From IMG/VR virus record IMGVR_UViG_3300006916_000041, positions 64,001-128,000 of that record: DNA of 64,000 nt, one strand, 5' to 3'. Of the stretch, positions 47,440 through 58,092 are shown piece by piece. The first letter of the stretch is position 1; the number at the start of each line of letters is the position of its first letter. The notes beneath the pieces are model-generated. The model saw only the letters and a list, made by a program, of their open reading frames with translations. It had not been told where the DNA came from and did no database searches. The translations under genes and the position numbers were made by a program. The stretch comes from a virus.

Positions 47440-48708
47440 GTGATTCGCATGTCAGAATTTGAAACCGCACACGATAAGCTAGTTGCCGCACGTATTAAGA
47501 TGCTGTTTAATCAGCCTTTCTTTGGTAACATTGCCTGTCGTTTGAAATTGGTAGATGCTACTGACGATGGTTGGTGTCCAACAGCCGCTACAGACGGTCG
47601 TCATTTTTACTACAATCGAGACTTTGTTGACACACTTAGCGTTGGTCAAACTGTGTTTCTTGTGGGACATGAAATCGGACACTGCATTTACGAACACTTC
47701 CTGCGTGTAAACGGCAGAGATAAACAGTACTGGAACATGGCAGGTGACTACAAAATCAACGGTATGTTAGTACGTGAAAAAATTGGTGAGATTATCGACC
47801 AAGTAAAAATTTGCTATGATGAAAAATACAATGACAACGAATGGTTCACTGAAAACGTATACGACGATTTGTACAACAATCAAGCACCTGTACAAGCTAC
47901 ACTAGATGTACACTTGGACATGGAAGGTGAAGGTGAAGGCGAAGATGACAAGCCTGGTGCAGGTGGCGACCAAGGCAAAGATGGTAACCAAAAAGGCAAA
48001 GGTAAAAAGCCTACCATTAGTAAAGATGATGCCAAAGCTATCTCAGACGAAATGAAAAATGCAATTATCCAAGCGGCACAAACTGCTGGTGCTGGCAATG
48101 TTCCTGCTGAAATTGCACGTATGATCAGGGAGCTAACTGAACCTAAAATGGATTGGCGTCAGTATGTTCGTGTTACACTTGAAAGCAATTTGAGCAGTGA
48201 CTTTACTTTTATGCGTCCTAATCGCAAAAGTCAGTTTAACAGTGTTGTTATTCCGGGCATGAAGAAAGATGAAAAAATTGACATTTGTATTGCACTGGAT
48301 GCTAGCGGATCTATCAGTCAACGAGACTGCACAGACTTCCTAAGTGAAGTACAAGGTATTATGGATCAGTTTGGCAGCTACAGAATTCGTATTTGGAGTT
48401 TTGATACTGCGGTGTATGCATACGATGAGTTCACTGACGACGACGGACGTAGCATTGAAGAGTATCAAATTGTTGGCGGAGGCGGCACAGACTTTATGTG
48501 CAACTGGCACTTTATGGAAGAACAAGGCATAGAGCCTGATCAGTTTATTATGTTTACAGATGGTTATCCTTGGGATAGTTGGGGAATGCCAGACTACTGT
48601 GATACATTGTTCTTGATCAAGTATCCTGAATTTTGTGGTAAGCCTGGGCCTGCACCTTTTGGACAAACCGTTTATTATAACGAACAAGAACAGAAACAAG
48701 CGGCATAA
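47440..48708 (+). CDS. DUF2201-type metallopeptidase plus vWA protein (MoxR partner)
   Basis: TAATDG, HEIGH, DASGSI MIDAS, GGGGTDF, FTDG. Confidence 0.88.
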   Translation: MIRMSEFETAHDKLVAARIKMLFNQPFFGNIACRLKLVDATDDGWCPTAATDGRHFYYNRDFVDTLSVGQTVFLVGHEIGHCIYEHFLRVNGRDKQYWNMAGDYKINGMLVREKIGEIIDQVKICYDEKYNDNEWFTENVYDDLYNNQAPVQATLDVHLDMEGEGEGEDDKPGAGGDQGKDGNQKGKGKKPTISKDDAKAISDEMKNAIIQAAQTAGAGNVPAEIARMIRELTEPKMDWRQYVRVTLESNLSSDFTFMRPNRKSQFNSVVIPGMKKDEKIDICIALDASGSISQRDCTDFLSEVQGIMDQFGSYRIRIWSFDTAVYAYDEFTDDDGRSIEEYQIVGGGGTDFMCNWHFMEEQGIEPDQFIMFTDGYPWDSWGMPDYCDTLFLIKYPEFCGKPGPAPFGQTVYYNEQEQKQAA

Positions 48709-48712
48709 GTAA

Positions 48713-48994
48713 ATGCGTATAGTTGAACAAAAAAATAGTTTAAGCGAGGAGGATCTCGAATGGTTACGAGGAACTCCCACAATACAAAAAATGTTAAAAC
48801 AAAGACTAATAGTTGAGTTTGACACACCACCAGACATTGAAACAATAGATTTTAGTGGCACTAGAGGTTTTTATCTTATTAAAAACTTAGGTCACAAAAT
48901 CTATCAATTTTGGTTTGAAGAGTCAAGAGACTATGAGGATTTTAGAGCCAATATATTGGCTTACAAGTTAAGTAGTACCAAAATCAAAGAATGA
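48713..48994 (+). CDS. hypothetical protein
   Basis: ORF. Confidence 0.6.
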   Translation: MRIVEQKNSLSEEDLEWLRGTPTIQKMLKQRLIVEFDTPPDIETIDFSGTRGFYLIKNLGHKIYQFWFEESRDYEDFRANILAYKLSSTKIKE

Positions 48995-49035
48995 TAAATA
49001 ACTGCGTATATAATTCGTTACAATAGGAGTTTATA

Positions 49036-49296
49036 ATGAGCGAAGAAAATAATATTGAAGCAACTGCAACAGAAGCACCAGAAGCAAATGAACCCGTAGC
49101 ACTAGGCGTAGCTGACCTACAAAATGCGGCACAAATTATCGATGCGGCTGTAACTAGAGGTGCTTTCAAAGCTAGTGAAGCTGCCGGCGTTGGCGCTGTC
49201 TACAATAAAATTGTAGCTTTTGTACAACAAGTAGCTGAACAACAAGCCGCACAACAAGCCGCGGCAAACGAAACTGAAGCTGCCGCTTCAGAGTAA
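49036..49296 (+). CDS. Ala-rich hypothetical protein
   Basis: IIDAAVTRGAFKASE..VGAVYNK; SD AGGAG. Confidence 0.7.
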   Translation: MSEENNIEATATEAPEANEPVALGVADLQNAAQIIDAAVTRGAFKASEAAGVGAVYNKIVAFVQQVAEQQAAQQAAANETEAAASE

Positions 49297-49307
49297 GGAG
49301 AAATCCA

Positions 49308-49949
49308 ATGGCAAATCTAAAACATATAGGACAAGTAGCTAATACTGGTCTAAAATGTATTGTGGTCTTTAGAGAGATCTATGACGAAAATGGTAATGTA
49401 ACAGATCCTAATCATTGTTTGATTGTGGAAACAGAACGTTTACCTGACATGGAGCATGACGATATAGTACGTGTTGTTGAAAGTGATTCTGGACAAAGTG
49501 CAAAACAATTTTATGAGATTGCACACCGTAGCATGTTTAGTGATGGCATCAACATGCTCACTAAACTACACACCAGGGGTTATTTAAAAAAGTACCCAAC
49601 AGATCAAATTTTAATGACTCCCAATAGCAGTACCGCAGTTAAACTAAGCGAAGTTAACGAAGTTATTCGTAAACAATCAACTGGCATGAGCGAGCAAGAC
49701 ATTCAAAACAGCATGGTCGATGACACTGACAGCGCACCTAGAAGTGCAACTACCAGTCGTCAAGCGCCTCCTCCGCCACAAACAGATTCAGGAGTAATGG
49801 ACGATACAACTATTGCACAAAATATGTTGGCACAAGCAGAAACATATGAAGCAGAAGTTAAACGCCTTCGAGAAGAAGCATATAGCATGGCGCCTGACTT
49901 GAAACCCAAGCGGGGCCGTAAAAAGGCTACTGCTGATGCCAATACATAA
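49308..49949 (+). CDS. hypothetical protein
   Basis: MANLKHIG...; SD AAGGAG. Confidence 0.7.
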   Translation: MANLKHIGQVANTGLKCIVVFREIYDENGNVTDPNHCLIVETERLPDMEHDDIVRVVESDSGQSAKQFYEIAHRSMFSDGINMLTKLHTRGYLKKYPTDQILMTPNSSTAVKLSEVNEVIRKQSTGMSEQDIQNSMVDDTDSAPRSATTSRQAPPPPQTDSGVMDDTTIAQNMLAQAETYEAEVKRLREEAYSMAPDLKPKRGRKKATADANT

Positions 49950-50247
49950 GCGTGACAGAAACTTTCAAAAAATTGTAAGTGAATTAGAAATCAAAAGCGT
50001 ACCAACTGAGTTTGTTCAACAGCTCACGTTGGTATGTGAAAACGGAGATCGAATCACGTTTGAAGATGAGACTATACAAACTTTCCAAGACGAAAAAGAT
50101 TTTGTATCAGCTATGATTAAACTAGTAGAAGACAATGACGACTTACAAAGCAATATTGTAGATGTAGAAATTATTATCAATTACAAAAAACTAGAAGAAA
50201 ACATTGGTAATTTAACCAAACAGTTATTGGATGCAAAATCAAAATGA
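49936..50247 (+). CDS. hypothetical protein
   Basis: coupled ORF. Confidence 0.6.
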   Translation: MPIHKRDRNFQKIVSELEIKSVPTEFVQQLTLVCENGDRITFEDETIQTFQDEKDFVSAMIKLVEDNDDLQSNIVDVEIIINYKKLEENIGNLTKQLLDAKSK

Positions 50248-50723
50248 TCAGAGCTATACTAGCGTGTGACGAAGATTGGGGAATAGGCAAGGATAACAAT
50301 CTTCCTTGGCCACATAATCCAGCAGATCTTCGCTGGTTTAAAGAAAACACCACAGGTGGTGTTATTGCTATGGGCAAGTCTACATGGGATAGTTTACCTA
50401 TCAAACCATTGCCCAATCGTAATAACATAGTTGTAACCAGCAGTACTGATGATTATAACGGCGGCGGCTATCATTATGTAAAATTTGATACTGCTAAAAC
50501 AGAACTTGTTAACATGAACAAACTTCAAGACGTTTGGATTATCGGCGGCGCACAACTTGTTAACGGACTGTTATCTATCATTGATGAGATATGGTTAAGT
50601 CGTATTCCAGGGACATACGACTGTGACGTATTCCTCCCACGTAGCATTATTGAAACAACTTATAGCTTGTACAGTAGTGAACGTGAAGGAGACTTATGGA
50701 TCGACAAGTGGAGACAAATATGA
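50244..50723 (+). CDS. folA: dihydrofolate reductase
   Basis: IGKDNNLPW, DLRWFK, MGKSTWDS, PLPNRNNIV, IIGGA. Confidence 0.95.
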   Translation: MIRAILACDEDWGIGKDNNLPWPHNPADLRWFKENTTGGVIAMGKSTWDSLPIKPLPNRNNIVVTSSTDDYNGGGYHYVKFDTAKTELVNMNKLQDVWIIGGAQLVNGLLSIIDEIWLSRIPGTYDCDVFLPRSIIETTYSLYSSEREGDLWIDKWRQI

Positions 50724-51151
50724 AAATATTAATATTTGGACTACCAGGCAGTGGTAAAACTACACTAGCAAAACCTTTTTCAGAACTTATAGGCGGTGTA
50801 CACTTAAATGCTGATGCTGTAAGAAAACAATATGATGATTGGGACTTTACACCAACAGGACGCATACGACAAGCCCAACGTATGCGTCATTTAGCAGATG
50901 GAGTAGTAATGGCTGGAAAAATAGCAGTAGCAGATTTTGTTGCACCTACTGACGCTGCACGAGCGGAATTTGACCCCGATTTTACTGTTTGGATGGACAC
51001 AATCAATGAAGGTCGTTTTGAAGATACAAATAAAATGTTCGAACGTCCTTATAATGCATATATTGATTATCATGTAAGCAAATGGTTTGATGATACTCAT
51101 GCACAATTACTACCTGTTGTGCAAACTTGGATGGAGCGTAATAATGTTTGA
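50720..51151 (+). CDS. adenylylsulfate-kinase-like P-loop kinase
   Basis: GLPGSGKTT, NADAVR, DF...GR. Confidence 0.75.
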   Translation: MKILIFGLPGSGKTTLAKPFSELIGGVHLNADAVRKQYDDWDFTPTGRIRQAQRMRHLADGVVMAGKIAVADFVAPTDAARAEFDPDFTVWMDTINEGRFEDTNKMFERPYNAYIDYHVSKWFDDTHAQLLPVVQTWMERNNV

Positions 51152-51554
51152 TTGGAAAAAGCCTACTGCACAAATGCTCGGACGTTGGCAACCTTGGCAT
51201 GATGGTCATACAGAATTATTTAAAAAAGCACTAGCAGAAACTGGACAAGTTTGTATCATGGTACGTGATGTGGGAGGCATTATTGGCGAAGATGCTGGTG
51301 CCGGACGTACAGTAACACAAGACGATAATCCATTCGAATGGAAGCAAGTTAGACAAAACATTATTGCAGGACTAAACAAAGCAGGGTATTTGATTGGTAT
51401 AGATTACGAAATTATGAAAGTACCAAACATTGTTGATATTAGTTATGGACGTGGTGTTGGATACACATTTACTGAACATGATCTTGGAGAAGCAATTCAC
51501 AACATCAGTGCTACAAAAATTAGAGCAAAGATGAGAGAGGAAGGCGAACTTTGA
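51144..51554 (+). CDS. HxGH-type nucleotidyltransferase
   Basis: GRWQPWHDGH...ISATKIR. Confidence 0.8.
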   Translation: MFDWKKPTAQMLGRWQPWHDGHTELFKKALAETGQVCIMVRDVGGIIGEDAGAGRTVTQDDNPFEWKQVRQNIIAGLNKAGYLIGIDYEIMKVPNIVDISYGRGVGYTFTEHDLGEAIHNISATKIRAKMREEGEL

Positions 51555-52405
51555 AGCAGTATTTAGATGCACTTAAACATATCCTAGATAATGGAGAACA
51601 AGTAAGTGATCGTACTGGAGTAGGTACAAAGAGCGTGTTTGGATATCAAATGCGCTTTGATTTACAAGAAGGTTTTCCTGCTGTTACAACAAAACGACTT
51701 GCATGGAAGAGTGTAGTAGGAGAACTGTTATGGTTCTTAGAAGGTAGCAGTGACGAACGCAGACTTGCTGAAATTACATTTGAAAAGCCCCGACGTGAAC
51801 TAATTGATAAGAAAACTATCTGGACTGCTAATGCCGATAAACAAGGTATAGACTTGGGTTATCGTAACGACGACTTGGTTAAAGAACTTGGCCCTGTGTA
51901 TGGAGTACAGTGGAGAGACTTTGGTGGTGTTGATCAAATCAAGTGGCTCATAAACGAAATTAAAAATAATCCAGACAGTAGACGCATTATACTAAGTGCA
52001 TGGAATCCAACTCAAGTTGACAAAATGGCACTTCCTCCTTGTCATACTATGGCACAGTTTAGAGTGACAAATAGTCGTTTAAGTTGTCAACTATACCAGC
52101 GTAGTGCTGACATGTTCTTGGGCGTCCCATTTAACATTGCAAGTTACAGTTTGCTCACAGTTATACTAGCACACATATGTGATTTAGAACCGGGAGACTT
52201 TGTATGGACAGGCGGAGATTGTCACATATACAACAATCATACGGAACAAGTAAAACAACAGATTGCTCGTAAACCCGACAAGTTGCCAGGTCTAGCAGTG
52301 CCACTGTTTCATGATTTAGAAACACTGCTAACATGCAAACCAAGTGAGTTTATTCTGGTAGAATACAACCCACAACCCAGTATTAAGGCACCAATGGCAG
52401 TATAA
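51551..52405 (+). CDS. thyA: thymidylate synthase
   Basis: DRTG, ELLWFL, MALPPCH, YQRSADMFLGVPFN. Confidence 0.96.
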   Translation: MKQYLDALKHILDNGEQVSDRTGVGTKSVFGYQMRFDLQEGFPAVTTKRLAWKSVVGELLWFLEGSSDERRLAEITFEKPRRELIDKKTIWTANADKQGIDLGYRNDDLVKELGPVYGVQWRDFGGVDQIKWLINEIKNNPDSRRIILSAWNPTQVDKMALPPCHTMAQFRVTNSRLSCQLYQRSADMFLGVPFNIASYSLLTVILAHICDLEPGDFVWTGGDCHIYNNHTEQVKQQIARKPDKLPGLAVPLFHDLETLLTCKPSEFILVEYNPQPSIKAPMAV

Positions 52406-52459
52406 CAAGTACGTTATACTGCCATTGTAATTATAATATATTTACTCTAATAAACGAAA

Positions 52460-52723
52460 TCAGATAGTTTCTTTTAAAACATCACTGGTGGTAAAATTTA
52501 ATGCTGGTCCTGCTTCTTTTTCTGCTTTCAATGTAGCATGATCAGCTTCACTTGCAAAAATTTTTACGCAACGCACACTAGTAGGACTTGCTAGAGTAAT
52601 AGATCCACTAGTAACCAATGGATTAGTTGTTCCGCAATTTCCGTGTTCTGCCTTCCACTCGTTTACACTAGCATATGTATTACCACTAGTTGTTGTAAGT
52701 ATATTAGTTACTCTATATGCCAT
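52460..52723 (-). CDS. small Thr/Ser-rich late protein (87 aa)
   Basis: SD AGGAG before ATG 52723; TAAATA at ~52755-52760 on minus strand. Confidence 0.7.
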   Translation of the reverse strand: MAYRVTNILTTTSGNTYASVNEWKAEHGNCGTTNPLVTSGSITLASPTSVRCVKIFASEADHATLKAEKEAGPALNFTTSDVLKETI

Positions 52724-52761
52724 GTTGTTTTCTCCTGTCACATAATTTATAAGTGTATTTA

Positions 52762-53361
52762 TTAATAAAATCCAAATGCCCAGTATTTTTCTTTACACCA
52801 CCAGCATGTTTTACAAGGTCTAGGCGCTGTTAAACTTTCACAGCTTACTGTTAAATCTGACAGTTCTTGCAACTGATGTTGTTTATATAGTTCAGCAACA
52901 TAACGTTTATCCTGGTTTATAAATGGCTGATAATGATAAATTCCGTTACGGCTCACACTGCGCCATTCTCTTGTAACATCTCTGGTTTCATCACGTCCTT
53001 CTGTTTGTAACTCTGGAGGATTTGTTGTCATACCACTTAGTATTCCAGTAACATTATATTTTTCTACCAATTCTTTTGTTTGTTTTGCTCTTCCGCCTGC
53101 TTTTGCTGTTTCCCTGTCAGGAAGAAATCCTATACGATGCTCTATAATACGATTTGGAAAATTACTATCCAAATATTTTTTTATTTTTTCGACATTGTCT
53201 AAATTATAATTTTGCATATGAGCGAAACAAATAGTACTCAGTACTATTTTACATTCTGGTTTATAATTCATTACTAAAAATGTAAGTAATGCACTATCTA
53301 ATCCGCCACTTAGTGTACTCAAATAAACACCTTCGTTTGGAATTAGGTCAATTTTTTCCAT
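52762..53361 (-). CDS. QueC-like PP-loop ATPase
   Basis: SGGLDS, PF...DK, SC...PCKTCWWCKE. Confidence 0.75.
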   Translation of the reverse strand: MEKIDLIPNEGVYLSTLSGGLDSALLTFLVMNYKPECKIVLSTICFAHMQNYNLDNVEKIKKYLDSNFPNRIIEHRIGFLPDRETAKAGGRAKQTKELVEKYNVTGILSGMTTNPPELQTEGRDETRDVTREWRSVSRNGIYHYQPFINQDKRYVAELYKQHQLQELSDLTVSCESLTAPRPCKTCWWCKEKYWAFGFY

Positions 53362-54476
53362 AATTCTTCTCTACTATTTTTGTTTAGTTCAGAGCAAATT
53401 TTATCCATAGTAGCACCATTAAATGAAGTAACACAATGGTCACTACCATACCCAGCAATGTCAGGATTATATTCTGCTATTGTATTGAAAAAATCTAGTG
53501 CGCCTCGATAACTTTGTTGACTGCTTCTGAGGATATTAGCTGGTAGTCGTTTTAAAGCACCGTTCCACCAAAAAGCACCTTTGCCTGTTAAGTCTAAACC
53601 AGCAAGGGTGTTGCGTAACATTTGATTATCGCCAAAATTACACACATTATAAGTATGTTGACACTGTTGATATCTGTGCCAATGTTCTGACCATTTATCA
53701 CCAAAAGTATCTTGTACATGTTGCCAAACATTTTTAGTTGCAGGACTAAAACTACGAAGTTTATGTATTCCGTTATATACTTCTAATAGTTCAAACTTCT
53801 CATACAAATGATCTATCCAAGCATAAAAATTGTTTCCATCCCAATTTTCGATTGTGTACTTTCTTACTCGTAAACTCATAGGACTTACATCCAAGTGATG
53901 CACATTGGTATTGTTGTCAAACGAGCTTAAATTTAACACATAATTTATATAGAATCCACTGCTCACAGTCATTACAAAATCTAGATGTTCGTGTGTTGGT
54001 TTTGGCCTGGGTATTTCATTATGAATTACGTAAGATATATTGCTATTTGCAACAACTGAATTCATAACGCTAGTATGAGTTGCCGAAAAACTATCATCAG
54101 TGCTTGGGTCTACACACGGAAAAGACACAGGCATTTCTAGTTTCCAGTCACTTTCTCCACGAGAATTATACACAGTCACATTATCATGAAGTTTAACTAC
54201 ACCAACGTTTGTACTTAAAACTTTTGTTCTTAAATTGCCTTCCCAATTTGCAGACCAACGATTATAATCAAAAATAACACCAGGCTTTAACTGTACTGTA
54301 ACTTCGTATTTGCTTAAATCCACTTTTGATATATCGTCTGTAATGATAAATTCATGTCCTCGGTCTTGTTCAAATCTATCAGCCATACAATAATCGTAAT
54401 TTAATTGTGTATAGTTTTTGGCTACTTGATATCTCCAAGTATCAGTACCATTGTCTAATAATACTATTGCTATCAT
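53343..54476 (-). CDS. hypothetical protein (possible Rossmann-like domain)
   Basis: 377-aa ORF; VSSG...LDVS. Confidence 0.65.
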   Translation of the reverse strand: MIAIVLLDNGTDTWRYQVAKNYTQLNYDYCMADRFEQDRGHEFIITDDISKVDLSKYEVTVQLKPGVIFDYNRWSANWEGNLRTKVLSTNVGVVKLHDNVTVYNSRGESDWKLEMPVSFPCVDPSTDDSFSATHTSVMNSVVANSNISYVIHNEIPRPKPTHEHLDFVMTVSSGFYINYVLNLSSFDNNTNVHHLDVSPMSLRVRKYTIENWDGNNFYAWIDHLYEKFELLEVYNGIHKLRSFSPATKNVWQHVQDTFGDKWSEHWHRYQQCQHTYNVCNFGDNQMLRNTLAGLDLTGKGAFWWNGALKRLPANILRSSQQSYRGALDFFNTIAEYNPDIAGYGSDHCVTSFNGATMDKICSELNKNSREELWKKLT

Positions 54477-55189
54477 GTTAACCTCGGTTCAATATCTTCA
54501 AAATTATAGTATGCAAACTGTGTATCAAATGTTACATCTCTACTAGGATCCTTTTTGTAGAAAAAGTATCCTTCTAAACTCTTAATCCACTTATTGTTTT
54601 CGTCTGTTATATTCCAGAACTCTCTCCAGTGTCTACTGGTCGCTGTATGTACGTGCAAGTCTTTTTTAAATATCCATTGTCTACAGTCTCGAAGTTCCTG
54701 TTTTATCATTCGTTTTGCTGTCTCTTCGTCTTTGTAGTATGAATGATAGGTAGGATATGTAATATCAAAGCCGCCAGCACCAAACCATCCAGTGTAACAC
54801 TGTTGTAATGGTCTAAACACTACGATAATTTTACTGGTTGGAAAGGTTTCTGTAATCCAGTCTAATCGATTACTAATACAATGACTTTTAACAATACGGT
54901 ATTGATCATAATGAGGTTCAAACCAAGCACGATCTATCTCGTCTAGTATTTCTTGTTTGCTGCAACAACTTATATCATCCCAATAATTTCCAAATTCAAA
55001 TCCCGGACCAAAGTAACTGCCCAAATGACTAGCACTGTTGAACTTTTCAGGGTGTATGTATTCACGTTCAGGACTTCTGTCATGTGTATTAATTTTTATT
55101 TTAGGAGTCATACTAAGAACATTAGCTACTGCACTCCATTTACTTCCAGGTGCACCTGTAAGAAATATCAACTTACTTTCGTCGATCAT
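54473..55189 (-). CDS. P-loop sulfotransferase-like protein
   Basis: IFLTGAPGSKWS, IVKSH, IIVVFR. Confidence 0.6.
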   Translation of the reverse strand: MIDESKLIFLTGAPGSKWSAVANVLSMTPKIKINTHDRSPEREYIHPEKFNSASHLGSYFGPGFEFGNYWDDISCCSKQEILDEIDRAWFEPHYDQYRIVKSHCISNRLDWITETFPTSKIIVVFRPLQQCYTGWFGAGGFDITYPTYHSYYKDEETAKRMIKQELRDCRQWIFKKDLHVHTATSRHWREFWNITDENNKWIKSLEGYFFYKKDPSRDVTFDTQFAYYNFEDIEPRLT

Positions 55190-55979
55190 CCAAATCTCCT
55201 ATAAAATTTTTCATTAAATTGTAATCTTTTTTTGTAACAGTTAAAACTCTACTGTCATTGATACAACGTCTCTTTTCCATGTTATTCGAGATACGTTCTT
55301 TTGTGTATTTAACAAAGTCTCCGGTGTTACGATTTTCCCAAACATCTTGAACTGTGAAATTTTTACCTAATTTGTCTGCTAGTTCTTGCAAAAATTGACC
55401 ATGTTTTGTTTGTTCACCGTTCATCCATTGATGTTTTAAATATCCTGGAAACTTTGCACTGGTATTCATATAGCGTTCAACAGTACTTGCAACATCACTA
55501 ACAATGTTTATTATTTTACTGTTAGGAAATATTTCTAATAACTCCATTGGTAAACTGTGACTGCAAAACAACAAGTAACAGTCAAACGATTGTGCACCAG
55601 ATAGCAAGTATTGAGGAGCAAAATGTTTGGTATAATATTCGTGCCAACAAGGTACAAAATCTTTTACATAATCATGTGTAGGTGGTAGCATTACCCCGTT
55701 AGGCATAACACGATTGAAATGGCGTCTAGACACCTTGCGTTCTCGAATACTTGTGTGTGATATATTCCACGGATGTACACCGTTATCGCTGTTACTGTAC
55801 CAATGCACTTGCGGTAATGTACACAAAACTCTACCCACGGTGTGACCAAATGCACCTGGCTCAAAACTCACAAACAAATAATTTGTACGTTCAAATACGT
55901 CCGAGAAAGTAGTACATTTCGTTTTTTTGTTCAACAATATCTCCTGTTGCAAACCAATCATCATACACACATATGTCAC
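55173..55979 (-). CDS. sulfotransferase-like protein (start uncertain)
   Basis: FVSFEPGAFGH, CSH...FPNSKIINI. Confidence 0.5.
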   Translation of the reverse strand: MTYVCMMIGLQQEILLNKKTKCTTFSDVFERTNYLFVSFEPGAFGHTVGRVLCTLPQVHWYSNSDNGVHPWNISHTSIRERKVSRRHFNRVMPNGVMLPPTHDYVKDFVPCWHEYYTKHFAPQYLLSGAQSFDCYLLFCSHSLPMELLEIFPNSKIINIVSDVASTVERYMNTSAKFPGYLKHQWMNGEQTKHGQFLQELADKLGKNFTVQDVWENRNTGDFVKYTKERISNNMEKRRCINDSRVLTVTKKDYNLMKNFIGDLDDRRK

Positions 55980-56574
55980 CTTTAACCCACAACTGTTTTG
56001 CTTCGATAGTTGTTTCGCACCAAGCAGTATCTCCCATAACAGTTTCGGTGAAGTTTACATGCATGCCAGGTTTAAAGGTTTTGTTAATAGCACAAGGACC
56101 TATCTCTGTCATTCCCCAATTGACAATAAATGTACAACCTTGATCAATAAAATTTTGTATTATTTTACTATCTACTCTGTCGCTACCACACATAACTGTG
56201 ATGCCATTCAAATTTAATTTTTGAAAACTTTTTGTTTTAATTACAGCTCTGGCCATATCTGGTGTTAAATGACTGTGTGTATAATCTTGTATTTGTCTAG
56301 TCCAAGCATATGCGTTGAAAGGTTGTATTTCAATGTGTGCATCAACTTCATGTGCTGGCAGTGTTTGTGCTAGTAATCCTCCTGCATGTTTTAGTGTACA
56401 CACTGTGAGTACTCTACTATTTTTATCGATTTGCTGGCATTCTCGAGCCGCACTGTTTGCAGCCCGAAGTTTTTCAACACTTTGCCAAATACGTTTAGGT
56501 TCGCCAGTTGTACCACTGGTTTGTAAAAAACAACCTTCAGTTAGTGTCTTTTTTAAAGTTTTTTTCAGTTCCAT
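55891..56574 (-). CDS. adenylate-forming (AMP-binding) enzyme, core only
   Basis: TSGTTGEPK, WGMTE, ATGD, FLGR; ends at the hinge. Confidence 0.8.
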   Translation of the reverse strand: MELKKTLKKTLTEGCFLQTSGTTGEPKRIWQSVEKLRAANSAARECQQIDKNSRVLTVCTLKHAGGLLAQTLPAHEVDAHIEIQPFNAYAWTRQIQDYTHSHLTPDMARAVIKTKSFQKLNLNGITVMCGSDRVDSKIIQNFIDQGCTFIVNWGMTEIGPCAINKTFKPGMHVNFTETVMGDTAWCETTIEAKQLWVKGDICVYDDWFATGDIVEQKNEMYYFLGRI

Positions 56575-56752
56575 CTGTAATCTTTTTTGCTAGTCTATAC
56601 GGTGTAAATGCAAACACCCAAGGTACAAATGCATGTATAGTGCCAGTTATAAAAACCAACAATGCTAAAAAATTATAATACATTGCATAACCCAAGTGAC
56701 GAAAATAGCCACTACGAGCCTTTTTTAAATGTTTAAGGTCAAAATCCATCAT
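56537..56752 (-). CDS. DUF6356-like small membrane protein
   Basis: HL....GYFRH...IHAFVPWVF. Confidence 0.6.
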   Translation of the reverse strand: MMDFDLKHLKKARSGYFRHLGYAMYYNFLALLVFITGTIHAFVPWVFAFTPYRLAKKITDGTEKNFKKDTN

Positions 56753-57267
56753 AAAATCCTTTTTCTTATTTCAAAATATCTGTCTACGTTCAATCTCCAT
56801 ATACTTTGCCAAGTGTGAAATATTTCTGCATCGCCCATATATTCCACCATACCTCCTTTAGCCATTACACTAAAACTACGATGTATTCGATTCATTCTTC
56901 CACTGGCATCATTACTTACATTAGTAGTTATATATAATGCATGCCCGCCAGCAAACTCTATTTGTTTAGGTAACTGTTCACTGATACAATAACTTTGCAT
57001 TTGGTATCTAGTAAGACTATTTATAGGGCGAGTTTCTAACTGTGCTCCTCTGAACAAACCACGATATCCATCTTCAAACTTGTGTATGCCACTTATACTA
57101 ACTAGTTTATCGTTAACACTTGTGCCATACCAAGCACCATTTTCTAAACACCAGTCCCATTTCATTGCTTTAAGACTGCTATTATTTTTAAATCCACGAT
57201 TTTCACATTCGCTTATATAATCCATAACACTGTCGTCAGGTGTATAAAGTCTTTTAGTCTGGATCAT
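56749..57267 (-). CDS. possible GNAT-fold protein
   Basis: LVSISGIH....YRGLFRG, LYITTN; weak fold inference. Confidence 0.45.
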   Translation of the reverse strand: MIQTKRLYTPDDSVMDYISECENRGFKNNSSLKAMKWDWCLENGAWYGTSVNDKLVSISGIHKFEDGYRGLFRGAQLETRPINSLTRYQMQSYCISEQLPKQIEFAGGHALYITTNVSNDASGRMNRIHRSFSVMAKGGMVEYMGDAEIFHTWQSIWRLNVDRYFEIRKRIL

Positions 57268-58078
57268 AGTCTGTCAAGTCCATTGTTTGCATCATGCTGT
57301 CTTCTAATGAATCAGTTAGCTGATCGAAAAAGTTTTCGCGATAAAGATCTACTGAGTTATCTTTCAGTAACTGATAATTAGCATCTGCATAATTTTTAAA
57401 ACTGATTTTATCTAATTCGATGTTTAAGTATTCCTCTAACTTGGCTGTATTTGCATTATATACTAAATCTGCAATATCAAAATAAGTATATCCTTCTTCC
57501 TTTTTGAACGACAGATTGCACTGTTGTTCGTAAATTTTAAAATAGCCTTTAATATATTCTCTGAGATTAAACTGACTATTGACCATAATATTATTATAAT
57601 AACATAGATACTTCCATTTATGAAACTTTGTTATTAATTCCGTGCGAACAGGTTCTGGCGTGTCTTTGAGTTGTTGTAATCTTTCTTTATGAGGTTCTTC
57701 AAGTATCGAGTGACTTTTATAAATCCACATAGCATAACTTAGCTTTATAATGTCTGTATTTTTGGTGTACAATCTTACTAAATTAACATCATCATTGTTA
57801 AATTCGTTAAAGTGATAAGCAGGTCTGAAGCGATGTGTAGGCAGAACCAAGTCTTTATAATTATAAAATTTGTTTAATTTATCTACTACCTCTTTTGTAA
57901 TATTATTTTTTGTAACTTTAACTTCCCAGCCAAAAATATCTTTAGTCAAGCAAGGCAGTTCGTATCTGTTAACACCATTGGGCTGTAACTTGATTTTATA
58001 ATAACTTTCATTTTTGTGTATCTGAGTGGCAACAAAATCGCCACTACAGCCTTGCGGATAACTCAATATTGTAATCAT
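57254..58078 (-). CDS. sulfotransferase-like/hypothetical protein
   Basis: ILSYPQGCSGDFV, PTH. Confidence 0.5.
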   Translation of the reverse strand: MITILSYPQGCSGDFVATQIHKNESYYKIKLQPNGVNRYELPCLTKDIFGWEVKVTKNNITKEVVDKLNKFYNYKDLVLPTHRFRPAYHFNEFNNDDVNLVRLYTKNTDIIKLSYAMWIYKSHSILEEPHKERLQQLKDTPEPVRTELITKFHKWKYLCYYNNIMVNSQFNLREYIKGYFKIYEQQCNLSFKKEEGYTYFDIADLVYNANTAKLEEYLNIELDKISFKNYADANYQLLKDNSVDLYRENFFDQLTDSLEDSMMQTMDLTDYDPD

Positions 58079-58092
58079 CTATAAATACCTGT

